A stretch of 63,800 nucleotides of DNA, filler included. It is 16 parts of 16 records of this genome, joined end to end, with 100 filler letters (N's around TTAATTAATTAA, not from the genome) between each part and the next. Parts side by side here need not be neighbours in the genome. Positions count along the whole stretch, not along the records: positions 39,553 to 42,845 come from SRR7504441_133650; positions 42,946 to 46,769 come from SRR7504441_133765; positions 46,870 to 50,736 come from SRR7504441_133933; positions 50,837 to 55,513 come from SRR7504441_133963; 12 more parts are not named here. One strand, 5' to 3'. The stretch's first letter is position 1. Every line of letters begins with the position of its first letter. Of this stretch, positions 39,553-52,892 are shown in pieces. The notes under the pieces were generated by a model. That model was not told the DNA's origin. It saw only the letters and a list, made by a program, of their open reading frames with translations, and made no database searches. The position numbers and the translations under genes were made by a program.

Positions 39553-42500
39553 ATCTTGAACGCCCTCAAAGTCAATGGATCGTACACCGGACTCCGCCAG
39601 AGCTGTGAGCGAGTGGGTCCTATCGGCCGAAAGCACACCACTCACGTCACCCCTGCATCAAGCGAGCTGAGCGGGCGGGCGGACTAGACGGCACCCGTGG
39701 AGCAAAACGTTGATGCAAGCCAACTTGCGCCTGTTGATCTCTGTTCGGTCAATCCCTGACTCCGACAGCTCACAGTGCAGGTCCATCTCGGATAGCGCTG
39801 AGTACGCTCCACCAAAGCTGCCCTATTTGCTGTGAACAGGCTAGCGCGGCAAACGAGCCTGGTGGCGTGAGGCAACTTGGCTTGGGAAAGCATATCCTTG
39901 GCCTGGCAGCCACATCAGCCGAGTAAGTGCAACCCCACCACCTTGGTCCAGCCCTGGGCAGCCTCCAACTGCTCTTCCTCACCTGGAGCCGCTTCTTTGG
40001 CCTCTTCCATCTGTCACCCGGTGCTCGGCGACTGCATCCGTAGGTTGGGAGCCTTGGCTATGATGCACTGCAAACTGGGTACATCCACCGGCTCCGAGTA
40101 GCTGTCCAGGTGAACGTCGTACAGCGGCGCGATCTGGCTCCGGGTTTTGACGCTGAGGAACACGGCCTTGTGCGGAACCACGCTTGGCCGGCGGCCGGCA
40201 GCCAGCGAATCCACCAGCCAATCTGCCCATAAGCTAGCCACCAGGATGCACTTGAAGGCCATGTCACCGGGAGTATAGACATCCCACAGGCCGCCCTTGT
40301 TGGCCGAGTCGACCAGCGGTATCAGCCGAAAGTTCTTACTGTCTTGGCAGATGATGTAGTTGGTTGCATCCCCAGGGGTCTGTGTGCACTCTCCGCCGTG
40401 TTGCACCACCAGCTTCTGCAGCGCGTCTCGACTAGCTGTCTCGCTGCCCTCGATTCCCTACATCGAGGCTACACCCACCAGGCCAGCCGCGCACCACCTG
40501 CAACACGTATATCTCTAGCCCAGCCAGCAGCGTGCTCTCCTGATGCACATCCTTGGCCGCAATCTGCCGTAGCTATCACCGCCGACCGGGCACAGCAGCC
40601 ACCGCTCTGAACCCCGAGTGCACGCCGCCCCCAAACCGGGACGATCTGGTAGTCTGCTTCCGCTTCTTGTGCTCTCGCCGGTCAATAAAATCGAGCCCAG
40701 CCCCGCGTTGGCCGAGCACCGCCATCGGCCCGATCACCAACTCGCTAGTCCGGTGGCAGTCGAATACACACTTGTCCGTCCTAAACCTCTTGACCCGCGG
40801 GAATCTGAGCGTCATCTTGGCAGAAAACACGTCAGTCTCAACGATCTCAAAAGCGTGCACCTGCCCGCAGCTCAGCTTGGGCCGGTCGCCGAGCTGCCTG
40901 GAAGAGGAGCGATTCCTCTGGTTCTATCCACACGTGTGGGATGTCGTCGGTCTTGGGCCGCCACTCGCCGGATGGATTCAGCCCGCGTATGGACGGCGGT
41001 GGGTTCTTGTGGTCGTATGGCTTGAACCTGTCCTGATAGGTGTCCAACATTACCCTCAACTCGTCCATTGAGTAACCAGTCCCCACCTGCCGGCCCGCTG
41101 GCCTGTGACGATTGCAGTAGACCCAACCTTACAGAATGTGTCCCACCGTTCTGGCTTGCCGTCCTGCCCGATCACCACAGTCCCGAGCAGGAACTCTCCA
41201 AGCACCCCGGCCCGCCTGTCACCCTGCCCGTAGTATCTGCCACGAGCTCACCTATGTCGCCATCTCAAGCGCTCACCCGCCGAGCACTATCAAGTCGAGG
41301 TCATCGCCGTACCCGTTTAGCATATCTGACTTCAGCTTATACCAGTGCTTGGTCCGCTCGTTCACAATGTACTGCGAGGTGCTCTCCTTGATCATCAGAC
41401 CCTCGTCGCCCCGCGAGAGCGTCTTGTCCAGCGCTAGCCGGATTGCCTCAGACCGCGCTGCAGGCTCGAGCGCTCCATCCACCAGCTGCCGACTGTCAGC
41501 TCGGCTAGACCGGGCGGCGCACTGTCTGTGGCACCACTGAGACCTGGTCGGATGAGGTCACTAGCTTCTTGAGGAGCTCATAACGAGTGCGAAGCGGCAG
41601 GTGCACAATTGCCTCTTTTTCAGACCAAACAAGGTCAAAGAGCATCAAACGGAGGTGACAATCCTCCGCCCGCTCGCCCTTTGCGATGCTCTTATTGTTG
41701 CCGAACGGGAGCGCGCAGTTCTCCTTAAAGTTCCAGGCCAGCACCTGGGTTGGCTCAGTGCAGGCCGCGGGGGGGGAGTGCAGGCTGCGGGGTGCTGGAC
41801 CTCGCCGTCTACGATACAGGTGGTGGTGGTGCCCAGTGCGGCGAGGATCGGCTGGTGCAGTCTGTGGTAGAGATCTGTGGTCTCGCGGCAGTTCCGGGAC
41901 CAGATTTTGATCTCCCGCTCTCTCTTGTGGATCAGGATCCGTTCGCCGTCAAACTTGGATTCGAGCACCAGAGGCACCCCTGAGCCGATCAGTTGCTCAT
42001 GCAGCTTGCCCCACCATTCATCACCCAGCCCAGGCCCCAGGTACCTTATAATTCATTCTCTCCGCGAGCATGGGCTTGAACGGGTGGAAAAGCTCGATCT
42101 TGGCCCCCTGGGCTTTGCGCTTGTTCGGGTCTCTGCCCAGTCACTCAGCACTCGGCGCTGTCGGGGCTGATCCGTACATGAGGTCCTCAAGCACCTTGCG
42201 CAGATTCGATGTGTGGTTGTACTGTTTGGATGCATCCGGGTGCCAGGCGTTGAGCATAGTGTCGGAGCCGACTCCGAGCTTGAGATCTGCCCTGCGCTGC
42301 CGCCCTCAGGCCGCCAGTCAAGCACCTTTCAGGATCATCTTGGTAATCCAGTACCTGACCAAACTAAGTGGCAGCCGAGCGCGGCCGCCCCACTGCATCC
42401 GGGGCGTGGTGTGCAGCACAAACTGATTGAACACAGTACGCTGCGCGTTTATTTTCTGCCCACTACCTGGTCAGAGAAACTCAGCTGGGCCAGTGCCTTG

Positions 42501-42812
42501 GAGCCTTGGCAGAGCTTATCCAGCCACTCATTCACTTTCTCGATGCTCACGTCCTGCCAGTCCGGACTCACTCGGGGGCGCATTTTCAGCGCACGCTGTG
42601 ATCGCCGGTGGTCCCGACCGCCGCGTTGAGCAAAACGAATTCGACCATCTTAGCGAAGTCCCCCTGCCCCCAGAGCTCACGCCAGCCCCGGGCCCGCGCG
42701 GACCGTCGGGGGCGGCTGATCGGTGGGCACGTTCGCGGGAGGTTGGCGGTATCGTATCAGGCACTCAGAGTACGGGTTCTGGGCCCCGAATCCGAGCACG
42801 TCGATCCAGGCC
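39553..42812 (-). CDS. LIG4: DNA ligase IV (both ends truncated), many introns
   Basis: ILKDLKLG, FKPMLA, adenylation motif ESKFDGER, DGE, EGLMIK, WYKLK, DLDLIVLGGYYG, KVGTG, TLRFPR, followed by BRCT-like segments. Confidence 0.93.
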
Positions 42813-43086
42813 CTGACGGCCGGCTCGCCGGACCCCCCCCCCCCCNNNNNNNNNNNNNNNNNNNNNNNNNNNNNNNNNNNNNNNNNNNNTTAATTAATTA
42901 ANNNNNNNNNNNNNNNNNNNNNNNNNNNNNNNNNNNNNNNNNNNNCAGTGCTCCCCAACACCGAAAAATTGCCGTATTTATGAATCATACTGTACAGTTG
43001 TACCATGCAGGTACTACCGGTAGTCAATAGTCTACCTGGTATGGACGAATTTAAAATGGCAGTGGCCTGATCCCTCTGCGCAACCG

Positions 43087-46000
43087 ATGCCTCCCAAGCT
43101 CACCGGGGTACAGGCGGTCGGCCAGCCCGGCACCAGCCCCTGAATAACCCGGCTGACAGGCCGTGCGAACATCTTTCCAACTCTACCAGTACATCCTCAA
43201 CGCGCCTGATTCCCTGAGCCCGGCCCCGCGCGGCGAAGCGGCCAGCGCCCTCTGGCGATTCTTCGGGGGCAGGAACAACAAGCGGTGCTGCCAATTCATC
43301 GCAGCCATCGAAACGCACCATTCGAGTTCCCCCGAATTAGGCCTCCTCCGCCGCTTCCTCAGGGACGAATATGACACCGACGATCTCTCCTTCTTCTTGC
43401 ACGGCTGGTCCAAAGTGCTGGCGATGGCGCTCACCCAGCGGATCCAACCCGGGCCAGAATACGCATTCCTGAGTTGGCTCCAGCTGGACCTTACCCAGTG
43501 CTCGCGGCTGGCTTCTGAGGTATTTGACGAGGGCGATTGGGATGGCCAAGGCTTCTGGCCGTGCGGCGGGGCGGTCGCTGGGTTCGATTTCTTATTCTTG
43601 GCGCTGGAGGAGTACAGGCGCAGACTAAGGCGCGTGTACCGGGTGTGTGGCGCTCATTGGCCGATGCAGGAAGCCCCGACTGCCTGCATTGGTTGTCCCT
43701 GCCACCCGGCCGGCCCAGGAGCCACCGTCATATGCAAGCGGCCGTCAGATGCAGGCGCTGGTGGGTGCTATGCGTGGCGGCCGCGCGTGAATCCAGGACA
43801 GACAGCCGAGGTCTCCCAGCTTTACTTGGATCTTGAGATGCAGAGGGCCACTGCGCTGGGTATGGCAGACCAACTCAAGGCTAGACTGGAAGCGTTGGAG
43901 GAGGGCGGCGCAACCGAGGAGCAGCGGCACACTCGGCAGATGCTCCAGTTGCAGGTGCGATGACGGGACCAACGGAATAAATGTGTTGATCTAGGATCAA
44001 CGTCTCGAGCATTTTGAGAATATGCTACTAGAACAGCTCGTGCTGCGCAGCAACAGCAAGGGCATCCCAAAGGTCAAGCCAGAGCTGCGGGATCTGGTGA
44101 AAGAGGGTAGCTTGATGGTCACTCCATGAGCTGAGAATGGTGGGCAGTAGAGGATCATGTGATGGAAAGGCTAGAGGCTCGGCTGGAGGAGGGGTTGCTA
44201 GCGGGGGCCGACATGCTAGAGTGCAAAATCGAGGAGATGGTGGGTGGAAGCGATATGGGCGATCAGCTGGAGGTGGTGCCTGGGTCGGTGGCTGGGGCTG
44301 ACTACAGGGCGCAGCATAGTGAGCGCCTAACAAAGTATGAGCCTGTGGCAGTGCTGGGTATTTGATGATATACTTCATGTGCTTGGCTCACGATTTGGGC
44401 CCAGGGCAAAGCACAAGATGCGGCAGAGACGCCAGGCCTGGAGTGGCGCAAGTGGAGGCGCGAGTGAGAGCAGAGGTAGCCAGGTCGATTCCACATCTAT
44501 CCCCAAATTGACACTGCTCCAGGATAAAGAAGAAGGATGACCAGAAGATTGACATTCTGATCAAGAGGGTGAACGAGCTCCACCAGCGGTGAGCACAATG
44601 TCGTCCTAATCGGTGCCTTGAGCGTGGCTTTAGGCTGGATGACGAGCCGTCCGGGGTGGAGTCAGCTTGTATTGAGTTTCAGGAAATGGCAACCTTTCTT
44701 TCAAGCAGAGTTGAGACTAGTGTGGCAGATATTAAGGTCAGGCACTTACAATGCCACTAGTGGCAGATCATTGGTCATGCAGGCGCTGGACGAGTCAGTC
44801 CGTTCTCTCAAGCAGTCCCTGAGCAGAGTGGAGCGTACTGCTGGTAGATGCGAAAGCACCGGTCTGCTGACAGTGCCTGCAGATGCAGAATACATGAAGG
44901 CCCATATAACACAGGAGGAGCTACACAGTTTGGATGCCAGTGTCGCGGTGCTGTCTCAGCAATATTCTGGTGGGCTATCTAGCTTGAAGAAAGCTTTTTA
45001 CATAATGTGCAGGCACCACCGAGCTGTATGCAAGCCACATTGTGGAGAGCAATACCACGGTCGAGCAGCTCAAACGGGACCTGGTATCACTACAGCAGCT
45101 GAGCACTGAAACCCTCAACGAAGAAATGAGCCGGCTAGCTCAGCAAGTCGATTATATTGGAGATCAAGTGGCCAACAGATTGTCCTCGGTTTCCACATTA
45201 GAGCAGCGGCTAGATATGTCACTGTCAGCCTCTGCAGTCAAGGTAGCCTCGCGCCCAGTGTGGCACTCACCAGTTCGGTTAAGATGGAGGAACTTGAGGA
45301 GTCCAGGGTGAACAAGGCAGCCCTCGAGGAGCAGCTGGCCGTGCCTCCGCTCGAGCAGAAGCTCAAAGGCCTAGAGGCTAAACTGGAGGAGTTTTTCTGT
45401 GAGAATGCTGGTGGCGCCACAACTCAATCGTGGTGCTGAATATAGCATGCAGGACACCAAGAGGCGACCTCCCAGCTGATGGCTTCAGTGGCTGACCTAG
45501 AAGAGATACAAAACAGCCTAGGTGATCGACTCAAAACTGAGGTGTCGCGTGGCATGCTAGTGCGACTCATGCTTCGTTCAGGTGAGCTGCCGGGAGCTCG
45601 CACTGCGACAGGAAGCCGTGACGAGTGAGGAATGGTCCGAGGTACTGATTTGGGTTACAGCACAGGTCAGAGGTGCTGATAGAGGGGTGTAGGCGGCGTC
45701 TCGGATTGCAACGATTGAGAAGTCTCAACGTCAGTTAGGCCAGACATGCCGCAACATGAAGGAATCGATCAAGAGCTCAATGAAGGAAATGCTCAGCTCA
45801 AGCTTGTCACAGCTCAAGGATGAGGTACATGAGGCTAGTAGCGTTGCTAAGTCTGTCTGGCTGCAAGGTTGCAACTGACAAGAAGAGGGTCAAGTCGCAC
45901 ATAACCTGTAAGCTAAAGTCTAGCCAGCAGCAGACAGACAAGCAATTTGGTGAATTTGAGGAAAAAGTTCTCTCTAGAGTCGCTGAGATAATCTCTAGCC

Positions 46001-46524
46001 TTCAGACCAACAAAGACGAGAGCTCCAGATTAAAGCACCTGGAGGGCCGGTTGCATAGCCTGGAGGCTTGGGGCACTCCATCGGACAAACAGCTTAAGAC
46101 GATACATGTCAAAATGAACGAGCTTGAGGCAGCAGTGAGCAGCATTGCGAAGCCTACCGCTGTGTTGGTACCCCCTGCGATGCCGCTGCCGCCTCCAGTG
46201 GCGCCCAAACAGTGTGAGACATGCGTGGGAACACAACACGCTATGGAAACACTGGCAATATCGCTCAAGTCAAAAATGGAAGTCTGTGAGGCGAAAGGCC
46301 GTAAGCACGATGATCGGATTCAAGCTATGCTGCTGAGCCTTAACGAACGCTGCTCGGAGACTGAAGAGAAGATCGAGACACTACTAGCAAGTGGAGGACA
46401 CGCTGGCAAGCCTGGATTATGTAGCCCTATCAGGTGCGATCCTGTGTAAGCTTGCGTGTCACCGAAAACCAGGTGTGGTATGAGGATTTGCAGCCCTGGG
46501 GTGCTCAGTCCAGAGACAGCGTAA
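43087..46524 (+). CDS. Uncharacterised long coiled-coil protein, many introns
   Basis: Successive ORFs link through 38-70 nt GT-AG introns. N-terminal motif LLRRFLRDEYDTDDLSFFL; remainder rich in heptad repeats. Confidence 0.65.
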
Positions 46525-46869
46525 TTGCATTTCCTTCAATCTCTTCATCCACCCTTGCTACCGTAGCAAGCTCCAAATCTTCCTCCACCAGACTTTACCG
46601 GTAGTATCAAACATAGGCCGGTGGTATCAAACATTGATCAGAGATGATGAAGTCATTGTATTACCATTGTTTCATTGGAAGTGACGGTTGGGCGTTCGGG
46701 TAACGGCTAGGATTATTTCGGAGAGTTGTTTTAGTGGTGATCAATCAATCAAAAGTCTGTATTGCACCCNNNNNNNNNNNNNNNNNNNNNNNNNNNNNNN
46801 NNNNNNNNNNNNNTTAATTAATTAANNNNNNNNNNNNNNNNNNNNNNNNNNNNNNNNNNNNNNNNNNNN

Positions 46870-49800
46870 AGGGCTGGACCTCAAAATAGCCCATTCGGTT
46901 GGCGTGACCTGCGAATTCTCTCACAGGCTGCCTGTGGTGAACCTGTGGGCCTATTGTGCTGTGTGGGTGATTTATATCATCATCGCGTCCTTCAACAGGC
47001 ACGAACACTTGGTGCTCTACCTTCCGCCGTCGCTGATTGCGACTGACTTGCTGGCATTCAGCCTCGTGTATCAGGTGGCCCTAGTAGCTCGCTTTTCAGC
47101 CTTAGCCTTATGTGCTGCAGCTGGACTTAGGCAGCAAAGGGGCCATGGGGACAGTCTTCGTCATTTGCGCCCTACCGATCGTCGCGCGCCTAGTACTGGT
47201 CATTAACGGGGACGACGGCGATTGGCACATCGGTCTCGCAAACACCTTCACATTTCTGGGTGTAGTTGCTTGTTTCGCTGCTGCCTACAAGACATACCAA
47301 GTACTGCAGGGTCTTGACGACCAGGGGGAGCTCGCCATTGACAGCAGTGCAGTCATCGAAGAAGTTGTGATGCAGGAGCGCCGCATAGCCTGGCACGCCG
47401 CTCAGGCAGCCAAATTTAGGCGCAAGGCCAGTCGACACTGGTATCTCGTTCCCTTTTCTTGGTTGACGCGAAGCTGGGGCTCCACGTCCACTTTCAATTC
47501 CGATCATGGTACAAAACTGTTATGTGAGGTCCGGAAATCCCAAGAGATATATGCCGAGATGTTGGTATTGAACCCCCTTGAGGCGGACTACACGCAACAA
47601 TGGGCGCCACTCGAAGAAAGGCTGTCAGGCTGCAGGCGCACAGTTGTCAAGCTGCGAGGATATTGTGCACTGGTATACAATGTGCCATTTCTTCTGTGCC
47701 TTTTGACTTTGGCAGTGCTTGCTGGCATATATGAGCTTCTCATTGTAACAGGAGTTGGCTCGAAATACGCAGATTTACATCACCAAATATTTGATACTGG
47801 ATCAGTAAGGGAATCGATTTACCCGTTGCATATGATTTCTGTGCTGCTTGTTCTTTGCGGCTTTGCCAACTTCTGGTGCGCGTTCAAGCTCATAGTAGAC
47901 CACGTGGATGCAGCTCAGTCGTATGTGGAAAAATCAGTTCGTCCACGGTTCAAGGCCTTTCTTCTCAAAAGGCCGTCGGCAGTGATTCAAAACGAGCATC
48001 CATGGATCGGACAAGTGTGCGTATTGCCTACTGCTGGCTGTGATTTCGTCGCCCAGCATCTGTGCAGCAACGATCTGTGGAATGGGACAGTCTTAGAGCT
48101 TATAAACCTCTCATCAACGGCCGTCCAAGCTGCATCGTCGCTCGAGCTTTCTCCCTGGGAATCGGCTTTATGTGTCGTTTATCTAACCGGCGACCGCATG
48201 GCAAAATTTGTTCGGGCGGTTATGGAAGGAACAGATTTACATTCGGTAACTAGCCTTCTTCATCCGAGCCACCTTCTGTCTCGCAGCTCAGCTCTGGTCA
48301 GGTGGCAGAGGATGTACTTCGCACATTTGATGTCTACGCTGAAACCCGGACAGCCGGTTTGCCATGGCAGTGCACAGACGCTGCCAGGCCCGTGCTGAGC
48401 TCCAAGCTTGCGGATTGGCGCGAGTACCATGATGAATTGCACGAGCATCAAAATACGAATGAATTTTATCTCGGCAAGGGTGCATCCTGCCTACAAAACG
48501 AAATTCTGATGAGCGGTAGTGCCCTAGCTGCCGAACACGCAGGGTTTGATTGTGTGTATCGGCAGCTCCTTTTGCAGTCGCGAGAAAGTTGGTATCTGAC
48601 TCATTTCTACAGTCGAGCCCTGTTGCTGACTGGGTGGGCTCAGGTCGAATGCCTTCATCACTCATGCCGCAACTTGCTGGATGACGTGGACCTCGCCCGC
48701 CTCTCATGCTCCGCAGCAATACACGGTGCCTACCCGGGAGCCTTCATGAGCTCCGACGTTGGCAGGGATTGATTTGATTGTGGCGGAGCTGAAGCTTCGA
48801 GGGGAGGTTGTCCCGTGGCTAAGAGCACAGGCGTTGGAGTCCGAAGACGATAGCTACGACCTCCAGCGGCAATCGAGCTTTTCTCCTCTAGTCTCTGGTC
48901 CCATCATAGAGCGGCATAGCCCCTTTCTACGCGAGATTGCAAAGGAAGGGAGACCAACTGAGGATCCAGACACGGACAGCCTGCTGCCTTCTTTTGAATC
49001 CATGGATGTCAACACTAAGTCGCTCCGCAAGTTGCGCGATGCACTCGTTGCTGGGAGTGAAAATTTAGCCACTGCAAACATAGCCAGTGAAGACGTGCCG
49101 GAGATAAACACACGTTTGGATGAAATTTCCGCTGAGTTTCGAACGTGGCCTGCAACATTTAGAAACAAAGAGCCCCTTATGTTTCGATGCTTGCTTGGTC
49201 ATAGGCACCGTATGTTTGGGTTGAAGTATGGACTCATATTGTGGATATGTATCTTTGTGTCAATGACCTCCCTCGAGCTGTTGTTTTGGGTCCTAGGAGA
49301 GACACTTGGAGTTGGCTCTGAGAAGCAACGCCACCTTTTCTTCTTCGTTCTTTACATGGCTCTCGCTCCATTTGTTGTCCTCAATCTGATATTGTTGACT
49401 GGACGTACTAGGATTGTTACTAGGAAACTTACTAGGGAAGGCGAGGATCCATTCTCAGTTCTGCAGAGGCTTGTAAACATGGTGATCAGTCTCCACGAAA
49501 TGACGAAAGGAAGATCTTTGCTCAGTTTCAGAGTCAGAGTGGTGGCTCTTATCGCGTTGCCTATTTATACACTGGCATGGTCCATTACACTTTACTTCGT
49601 GTTTCCGAAATGGCAGTGGTTTGCTATGTTTCTCCTGGCAGGCACGAGCATCTTCTACTCTTCACTCCTGCCCATCGTGTATGGCTTGTACCACAGTGAA
49701 ATGAAGGAGACCAAGATCACGTGGAACGTTCTGCTCGGCTACGCTGTCGCGATTGGCGTGTCCAGTGTCCTATTTCCCAACAGGGGCCTCTTCCTGGGCG

Positions 49801-50736
49801 TGTCTGGGTACTACTTCCTGACGGGGATTATTCTGATGGGAGGGGCGGGTGACTCAGGGCCTACTCTACTGCTTCTACGTCTTGAGCAGTACTGGGCTGC
49901 GGCGATGGCAGTCGTGCTAGCTTTGGGCATTGCTTTATGGCGGCACGACGGAGGAGAATGGGGGCCGCCTTGGGTTACATGGAGCCTCTACTCCCTAGCC
50001 TTGTTAGCAATGTTGGTCTTTGCTCATTCGCTCGAAGCCCTGCTCTGGCGCAGGCAGGCGGATCTGATCGGCCAGAGCAAGCTCTACCATGCGACACTTG
50101 TATCTATTTCGTCGGTGGTCATGATCATTTTCATCGAATTGGGCCCAATTACAGGCGACGGGGATTTAAGCCGGGATTACAAGGGAGTCGATGCGCTGAC
50201 CCAGTACACCGTGCTAATAGCAGGCTTGAGCCTATTGATGGTGGCCAAAGGCATCATGATTCAGGACAAATCACATCGCGCCGGCGAGGAGCCCTGTGGC
50301 GGAACAAGTGTCATATCGGGCATGCTTTTCCCTGGTCTTGCTTTGTTCAAAGTTAAGAACGACGGCGTTCGTGACTCACGCGCATCACTTGCCACATCTA
50401 AGCTCGACACTAGCCCTGGACCAGGCGCCATTCACGAGTCACGAAGTGGATTTCTTTCAGAGGATGAAAGCTATAGCCAGAGTTTGGTACTGAAATCCAG
50501 AAACAAGTTAATGCTTCTGCTGGCTGGAACTACGGGCGTCATGCTCATTTGGAGTGTATTAGCATTGTTTATGCCCGACAAAATTGGCATGGACTTTGGT
50601 CACGCCACTGAAAGCACTGGTATTATTCTCTCTTGCCTTGCAGTATCTGTGTTCATCATAAGTGGGGCGGGTGGGCATATGTTTACCATTCTGCGAACCG
50701 AGCGGGTGTTTTGGCACTTGATGCGCACACCTCCGT
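46870..50736 (+). CDS. Large uncharacterised multi-pass membrane protein (both ends truncated)
   Basis: ORFs 47112.., 48302.. and 48759.. are joined by introns 48246-48301 and 48726-48765. Two blocks of hydrophobic helices flank a soluble region. Confidence 0.75.
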
Positions 50737-50899
50737 NNNNNNNNNNNNNNNNNNNNNNNNNNNNNNNNNNNNNNNNNNNNTTAATTAATTAANNNNNNNN
50801 NNNNNNNNNNNNNNNNNNNNNNNNNNNNNNNNNNNNATCGGTACTCATCTCCTCCATAGTCCCCCCCAGTATTCAAGTACCGGTCAATACCGTAGATCT

Positions 50900-50941
50900 A
50901 CTTCGTGAAATGGAACGGACGCAGCACTTCGTGAAATGGAA
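50900..50941 (+). repeat. 16-bp direct repeat upstream of the amidohydrolase start
   Basis: ACTTCGTGAAATGGAA at 50900-50915 and 50926-50941. Confidence 0.8.
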
Positions 50942-50978
50942 GGAGTAGTACCAGTGGGACAGTTGCTGGAGGGGCGGT

Positions 50979-52892
50979 ATGACGCAGGCAGAGCAGCCAG
51001 ACTGCTCTGCCATCGCCCAACTGTTGTCACCACAGAACCACTCCGACGAAGCGCTCGACAGCCCGTCAGCGACAATGCAGGAGAAAGGCAAAGGAAAGGG
51101 GAAGCAGCCCCCTGTGCGTGGCAAAGGCGCTGCTCTCGTTCCATTGAGAATCAATCAGAGGCATAAATCCACTCAGCGAACCCGGGAAAAGGGTCCACCC
51201 AAGTCGGAACTAACTCCAATATGGGCAGCTGGTCGGACGTCTGAGCGCTTGACCAGCTGTAAGCGCACCCCCCCACTTCTCGTGCACAACTGTGCAGTAT
51301 ACACTGCAGACGGAGCACAATCGTTTGCTCAAGCACTGGCCTGCGAGAACCAACAGGTTACGTTCGTCGGGACAGAGCAGCAGGCCCTCGAGCTGCAGCG
51401 GCTCCACCCGGACTGGCACGTGATCGACGGTCAGGGGCGCTGCGTCATCCCGGGCTTCAACGACGCTCACATGCATGTCACTTCGTGCCTGCCAGAGGCG
51501 CTTCGGGCCCTTTCGGCAGTTGGGCTCACCAGCGTTGCCGACATGTCTGCGTCCCATGAGGGCAAGGTACAGAAGCTTCGTCGGCTTGAGGCCGATGGAC
51601 AACTGTCTGTGCGAGTGACATGCTACATCGGAGAGTCGTGCCTGCGGCGCGGCGAGTTCGTTCCAATCGCTGAGCAGAACAGCGCTTTTGGAATGGTGCG
51701 GTTGGGCGGGCTGAAAGTGTGGACGGATGGACTAGTCGAGGAGGGTACTGCGAATGAGCTGCCTCGAGTTGGTGGGTTGGCTGTTGGGCCTTCAGTTGAG
51801 CAATTGAGAGCTCAGCTGGAGCTCCCTCTCGAGCGGCGAGAGTGTGCAGGGACCGTGCCTGCTGTCGACCTGTCTCGAGCATTGGATCCAACTCGCACTG
51901 GGATGGCAGACTCCCAGGGGCCTCCGATCCAGCCACTCGCGCCCTTTTTGCAGCGAGCGCTGACACCAAGCATGCCGGCTGTTTGGTGCGACATGGATGT
52001 GCATTGGCAAGCGTTGGTTGAGGCAGCCAGCTACCGCACCGAGTGGAACCGCCGCGCGGTCCGCTTGGTGTCGCTCGGAGCTGCGGATCCGCACAGCATT
52101 CTGTCACGGCTGCGCGGCTCAGCTGCTTTGCTCCAGCATATATGCAGCTTCCTGCCAAACGTGGAGGAGCACTTTTGCGTGCAGAAAGAGAGAGGGAAGC
52201 ATCTGCCTCTTTTGAAGCTGGCGGCATATGCGCGGCTGATGGAAAGAGTCGGGCTGCAGCTGGTTGGGCATGCCTGTGGAGACGGGGCGGTCCGGAACTT
52301 TGTGAACGCAGTTTCGCTCGAACGAAGCACAGCTGGGCACGCACCTCGGGAGTGGGCAGGGCGTCATCGGGTAGAGCACTGTGAGCTAGTCGACCATGCA
52401 GACTGGGCCCGGATCGGGCAGTTTGGGATTGTGGCTGCTATGTCACCTTATCATGCATTGGAGGCTTACACAGATGTAGGGTATCGAACGTGGGTTGGCC
52501 TGTGTCGGTATCATCTGTCTTATGCAATGGCGGATATCAAAAGATCGGGGACGCATGTCGCATTCAGCACAGACTCTGGGTCTGGTGAAACTGTTCTTTA
52601 CCCTTGCGACCCTCTGCTAACCTTGCACGCGGCTGTCAATCGTTGCAGGCTGTGCCCTGACCAGACGGAACCTGCTTTCACGATGTGTGATGCAGTGGAT
52701 GCTTACACAAGAGAGTCTGCTTTCGCAGAGTGCATGGACAATGTGAAAGGGCAGCTCAAGGTTGGCATGTTGGCGGACTTTGTCATGCTTTCTAGCAACA
52801 TCTTTCATGCACACTACGACTCGCTACAATTACAACATGAATCGATTGCCTTGACTGTGTGCGATGGTAGAATTGTTTACGAGAATTTGTAA
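50979..52892 (+). CDS. Amidohydrolase-3 (YtcJ-like) family metallohydrolase
   Basis: IDGQGRCVIPGFNDAHMH, GLKVWTDG, GHACGD, RHRVEHC, FSTD, GQLKVGMLADFVML. Confidence 0.88.
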   Translation: MTQAEQPDCSAIAQLLSPQNHSDEALDSPSATMQEKGKGKGKQPPVRGKGAALVPLRINQRHKSTQRTREKGPPKSELTPIWAAGRTSERLTSCKRTPPLLVHNCAVYTADGAQSFAQALACENQQVTFVGTEQQALELQRLHPDWHVIDGQGRCVIPGFNDAHMHVTSCLPEALRALSAVGLTSVADMSASHEGKVQKLRRLEADGQLSVRVTCYIGESCLRRGEFVPIAEQNSAFGMVRLGGLKVWTDGLVEEGTANELPRVGGLAVGPSVEQLRAQLELPLERRECAGTVPAVDLSRALDPTRTGMADSQGPPIQPLAPFLQRALTPSMPAVWCDMDVHWQALVEAASYRTEWNRRAVRLVSLGAADPHSILSRLRGSAALLQHICSFLPNVEEHFCVQKERGKHLPLLKLAAYARLMERVGLQLVGHACGDGAVRNFVNAVSLERSTAGHAPREWAGRHRVEHCELVDHADWARIGQFGIVAAMSPYHALEAYTDVGYRTWVGLCRYHLSYAMADIKRSGTHVAFSTDSGSGETVLYPCDPLLTLHAAVNRCRLCPDQTEPAFTMCDAVDAYTRESAFAECMDNVKGQLKVGMLADFVMLSSNIFHAHYDSLQLQHESIALTVCDGRIVYENL

